DNA from: Candidatus Margulisiibacteriota bacterium
GTDB lineage: Bacteria; Margulisbacteria; WOR-1; O2-12-FULL-45-9
Length of the DNA stretch: 64,000 nt
Direction of reading: 5' to 3'
Assembly (NCBI GenBank): GCA_034723395.1
Contig: JAYEOW010000004.1
Span: 35,279-99,278, forward strand
Every line of letters begins with the position of its first letter. The first letter of the stretch is position 1. The notes below the pieces were generated by a model. It was not told the origin of the DNA. It searched no databases and saw only the letters and a program-made list of their open reading frames with translations. Below are positions 62,124 through 64,000 of this stretch, piece after piece. The translations under genes and the position numbers were made by a program.

Positions 62124-64000
62124 ATAATTGCTGCACTAAACAGAAGTAATATCGTAGATAGAGTAATGAAGAATCCGATCTTTAAAGATAAAGGATCGTA
62201 AACAAAACGGACCTTATGTTCTCCCGGTTCTAGCTTAATACTGCGGAAAAAATTATTAGCGCGGAAGATCTTCACCTCTTCGCCGTCAACAAAGGCCTTC
62301 CACCCCGGGTAGTATCGATCGCTCAGGAATAAAAGTTCGTTCTTTCCCGCATCGGCAACGATCACAACCTCATTCGGCGTATATTGAACGATCTCCCCCC
62401 GCCCGCTCTCCATATATGCCCTCGGCTTAACTGCCAGGTTTTCATAAAGATAAACATTTAGTCCATATTTTTCTTTATGCATTAACTGGATCAGGCAAGG
62501 GATTTTTAGCTTCCTGGATGAAGCAATATATTTAACGTTAAAAAGCGACAGGTCTTTAATATTCTTTTTTAAATTCTCCCCCTTAAATTCCGTATGGAAA
62601 TAACTGTGATAACCGGCCGGTCTTATCGATGTATAACCGTAAAAATCATAAAAATGATATGGGATATGCCGGTTGGCGGCAAAATTTGATTTTGCTTCGA
62701 ACAGAGCGTTCTCGTAATTCTCTCCATAGATCAGCCGATTCTCCTCCTCAAGTTCCGGCGTATAGAAAAAACGATAGAGCCCCTTTTCTTTTTGCAACAG
62801 CCTGTAATTATCGGGAGTTGTCTCAAATACCCAGCTCCCCGCCGGAATGACGATCGAATAACCGTTTGAAAAAAGGTCGGCGATCACCAAAACAATTATA
62901 ATAAACAAGAATAGCCCCTTTTTTATCCTGGACCGATACCCCAGCCATAAAATCAGCGTAAAAACCAGCAGATAAAGGGTGATATTAAATAAGCTAAGCA
63001 GGTTGAATTCGATTATTCTGGCCAAAAGCTTAAAAAAGTATTCGGGTATATTGGCGGGATATCTTTTCAGGAAGAAATTAAATATCTGGACACGGAAAGA
63101 GAATCCGATATAAAACAGAACAGCAGAGAGCAGTGAGATTGGAAACATAGTTAGAAAGACCCTTTTTAATTTGTTTTTTTGCTGATCAAAATATTCAATC
63201 AACCGTTCAAATCCAAAACTCGCTAAAATCGTCAGGCAAAATGTAGTTAAGAAGAGATATTTTACCGGGTAACGGATCATTGATATCCCGGGGATAAAAA
63301 AGATGGTCCGGTAGATCGGCGTATATCTCCCAAAAGCCAACAACAAAGAAAACAACGCTGCTCCCAAAAAGAACCAAGCCTTTCTCTTTTTAAAAGAAAA
63401 GAACGTAAATATTAACGGGAGTATCCCGATATAGGGGGAGATCAGCCAATCCTGAATATTTTTACCGAGTAACGTTTCGGTATAACTGCCAAAGTGAGCC
63501 GGATTGCCAAAAAAGTATGGGAAGATAAAGGAGATAATCTCTCGCGGCGGAAATGAGCGCATGGTTACGATGTCGTATCCGGTGCGTACTACCCTATCCG
63601 AGAGTTGCGCCAGCTCAAGAAAGGGAATTAACTGCACCGCAGTCAGGCCTAAAGAGATCAACCCAGAAAGGAACAGCCCGCCTAAACTTTTTATTCTATT
63701 TTGAGAAAAAATCAAACCATAAACTGCCAGGAAAATCACCGTAACATAAATTATTGTCGGCTCTCCACCGAGGAATTGGAGGGCAATCAGTATTCCGAGG
63801 ATCACTATATTTCTAAAATTTATCTCTTTAATCAGACGATCAAAAAAGAGGAGGGTTAACGGCAGCCAGATGACCGAAGATAACGAAGTATTCATGTTCG
63901 AAACCGAAAGCAGATAACCGGAAAAAGCAAAAACTATCCCACCCAGGAACGAAGCCGCTTTGCTAAGGTCATAATGTCTTAACAAATAGAACATAAAACA
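62108..64000 (-). CDS. yfhO: YfhO-family polytopic membrane protein (GT-C-like), probably N-terminally truncated by the window edge
   Basis: More than 628 aa, many TM segments, beta-rich C-terminal domain. The reading frame is open at the right edge. Its stop overlaps the downstream GT2 start by 16 nt. Confidence 0.65.
   Translation of the reverse strand, partial: CFMFYLLRHYDLSKAASFLGGIVFAFSGYLLSVSNMNTSLSSVIWLPLTLLFFDRLIKEINFRNIVILGILIALQFLGGEPTIIYVTVIFLAVYGLIFSQNRIKSLGGLFLSGLISLGLTAVQLIPFLELAQLSDRVVRTGYDIVTMRSFPPREIISFIFPYFFGNPAHFGSYTETLLGKNIQDWLISPYIGILPLIFTFFSFKKRKAWFFLGAALFSLLLAFGRYTPIYRTIFFIPGISMIRYPVKYLFLTTFCLTILASFGFERLIEYFDQQKNKLKRVFLTMFPISLLSAVLFYIGFSFRVQIFNFFLKRYPANIPEYFFKLLARIIEFNLLSLFNITLYLLVFTLILWLGYRSRIKKGLFLFIIIVLVIADLFSNGYSIVIPAGSWVFETTPDNYRLLQKEKGLYRFFYTPELEEENRLIYGENYENALFEAKSNFAANRHIPYHFYDFYGYTSIRPAGYHSYFHTEFKGENLKKNIKDLSLFNVKYIASSRKLKIPCLIQLMHKEKYGLNVYLYENLAVKPRAYMESGRGEIVQYTPNEVVIVADAGKNELLFLSDRYYPGWKAFVDGEEVKIFRANNFFRSIKLEPGEHKVRFVYDPLSLKIGFFITLSTILLLFSAAIIWRKR

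Noticed and set aside
1-64000. Mobile elements, prophage, integrase or transposase genes, rRNA or tRNA genes
   Set aside because: None of the translated ORFs shows DDE, tyrosine or serine recombinase, or phage structural signatures. No spacer is long or GC-rich enough for rRNA or tRNA except the purA leader island, which fails tRNA criteria.

Overview
All calls were made by eye from the supplied translations and the raw sequence, with no database search. This is a very compact chromosomal segment, roughly 40-45% GC by eye. The host looks diderm, because LPS/lipid A genes, a TolC-like gene and an RND pump are present. I call about 66 CDS. I recognised no rRNA, tRNA, CRISPR array, transposase, integrase or prophage gene.

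Content, left to right:
- pnp(partial)-rpsO, ribF, amj-like, queC
- a minimal nucleotidyltransferase plus a small partner ORF
- purA, then a 7-bladed propeller lipoprotein
- hisS, a Com-like zinc-finger ORF and aspS
- an EamA/SMR-like gene plus a C69 dipeptidase, and a TMEM175-like channel
- an orphan secreted HExxH protein
- an RRM RNA-binding protein plus DUF2779 nuclease
- a thioredoxin-like protein plus a cyclophilin
- YgjP-like, SixA and a short MscS-like gene
- MarR, TolC-like and RND genes, with no adaptor gene
- thrC and a DUF362 ferredoxin-type protein
- a 17-kb lipid A/glycan island (27.1-44.4 kb) with two LpxB-like genes, msbA, an LpxL-like acyltransferase, two GT9, many GT2/GT4, DUF4254, and two GT-C plus polyprenyl-phosphate GT2 modules
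- rpmE-prfA-prmC and an HD-GYP-like protein
- MTA phosphorylase plus MTA/SAH deaminase, a PAS-PAS protein and tsaC
- a 12-kb minus-strand gene string: yfhO-GT2-proS-yjbQ-purF-like-purF-Zn-ribbon-purM-purN-purH-OMP-like

Most interesting observations:
1. A divergent second PurF-like gene sits 1 nt upstream of canonical purF, next to yjbQ and an orphan zinc-ribbon ORF.
2. A Com-family zinc-finger ORF is translationally wired between hisS and aspS.
3. A GC-rich structured element lies in the purA leader and matches no riboswitch I know.
4. Extended -10 boxes (TGnTATAAT) recur 6-13 nt from start codons, which implies leaderless or very short-leader mRNAs.
5. A GT2 gene has its conserved N-terminus upstream of any canonical start codon.
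6. The HIP1-like core CGATCG is about 6-fold enriched.
7. There are four heptanucleotide tandem arrays inside or beside coding regions.

The RRM protein, the LpxB-related paralog and the CGATCG enrichment hint at a cyanobacteria-sibling lineage. This is low-confidence inference.
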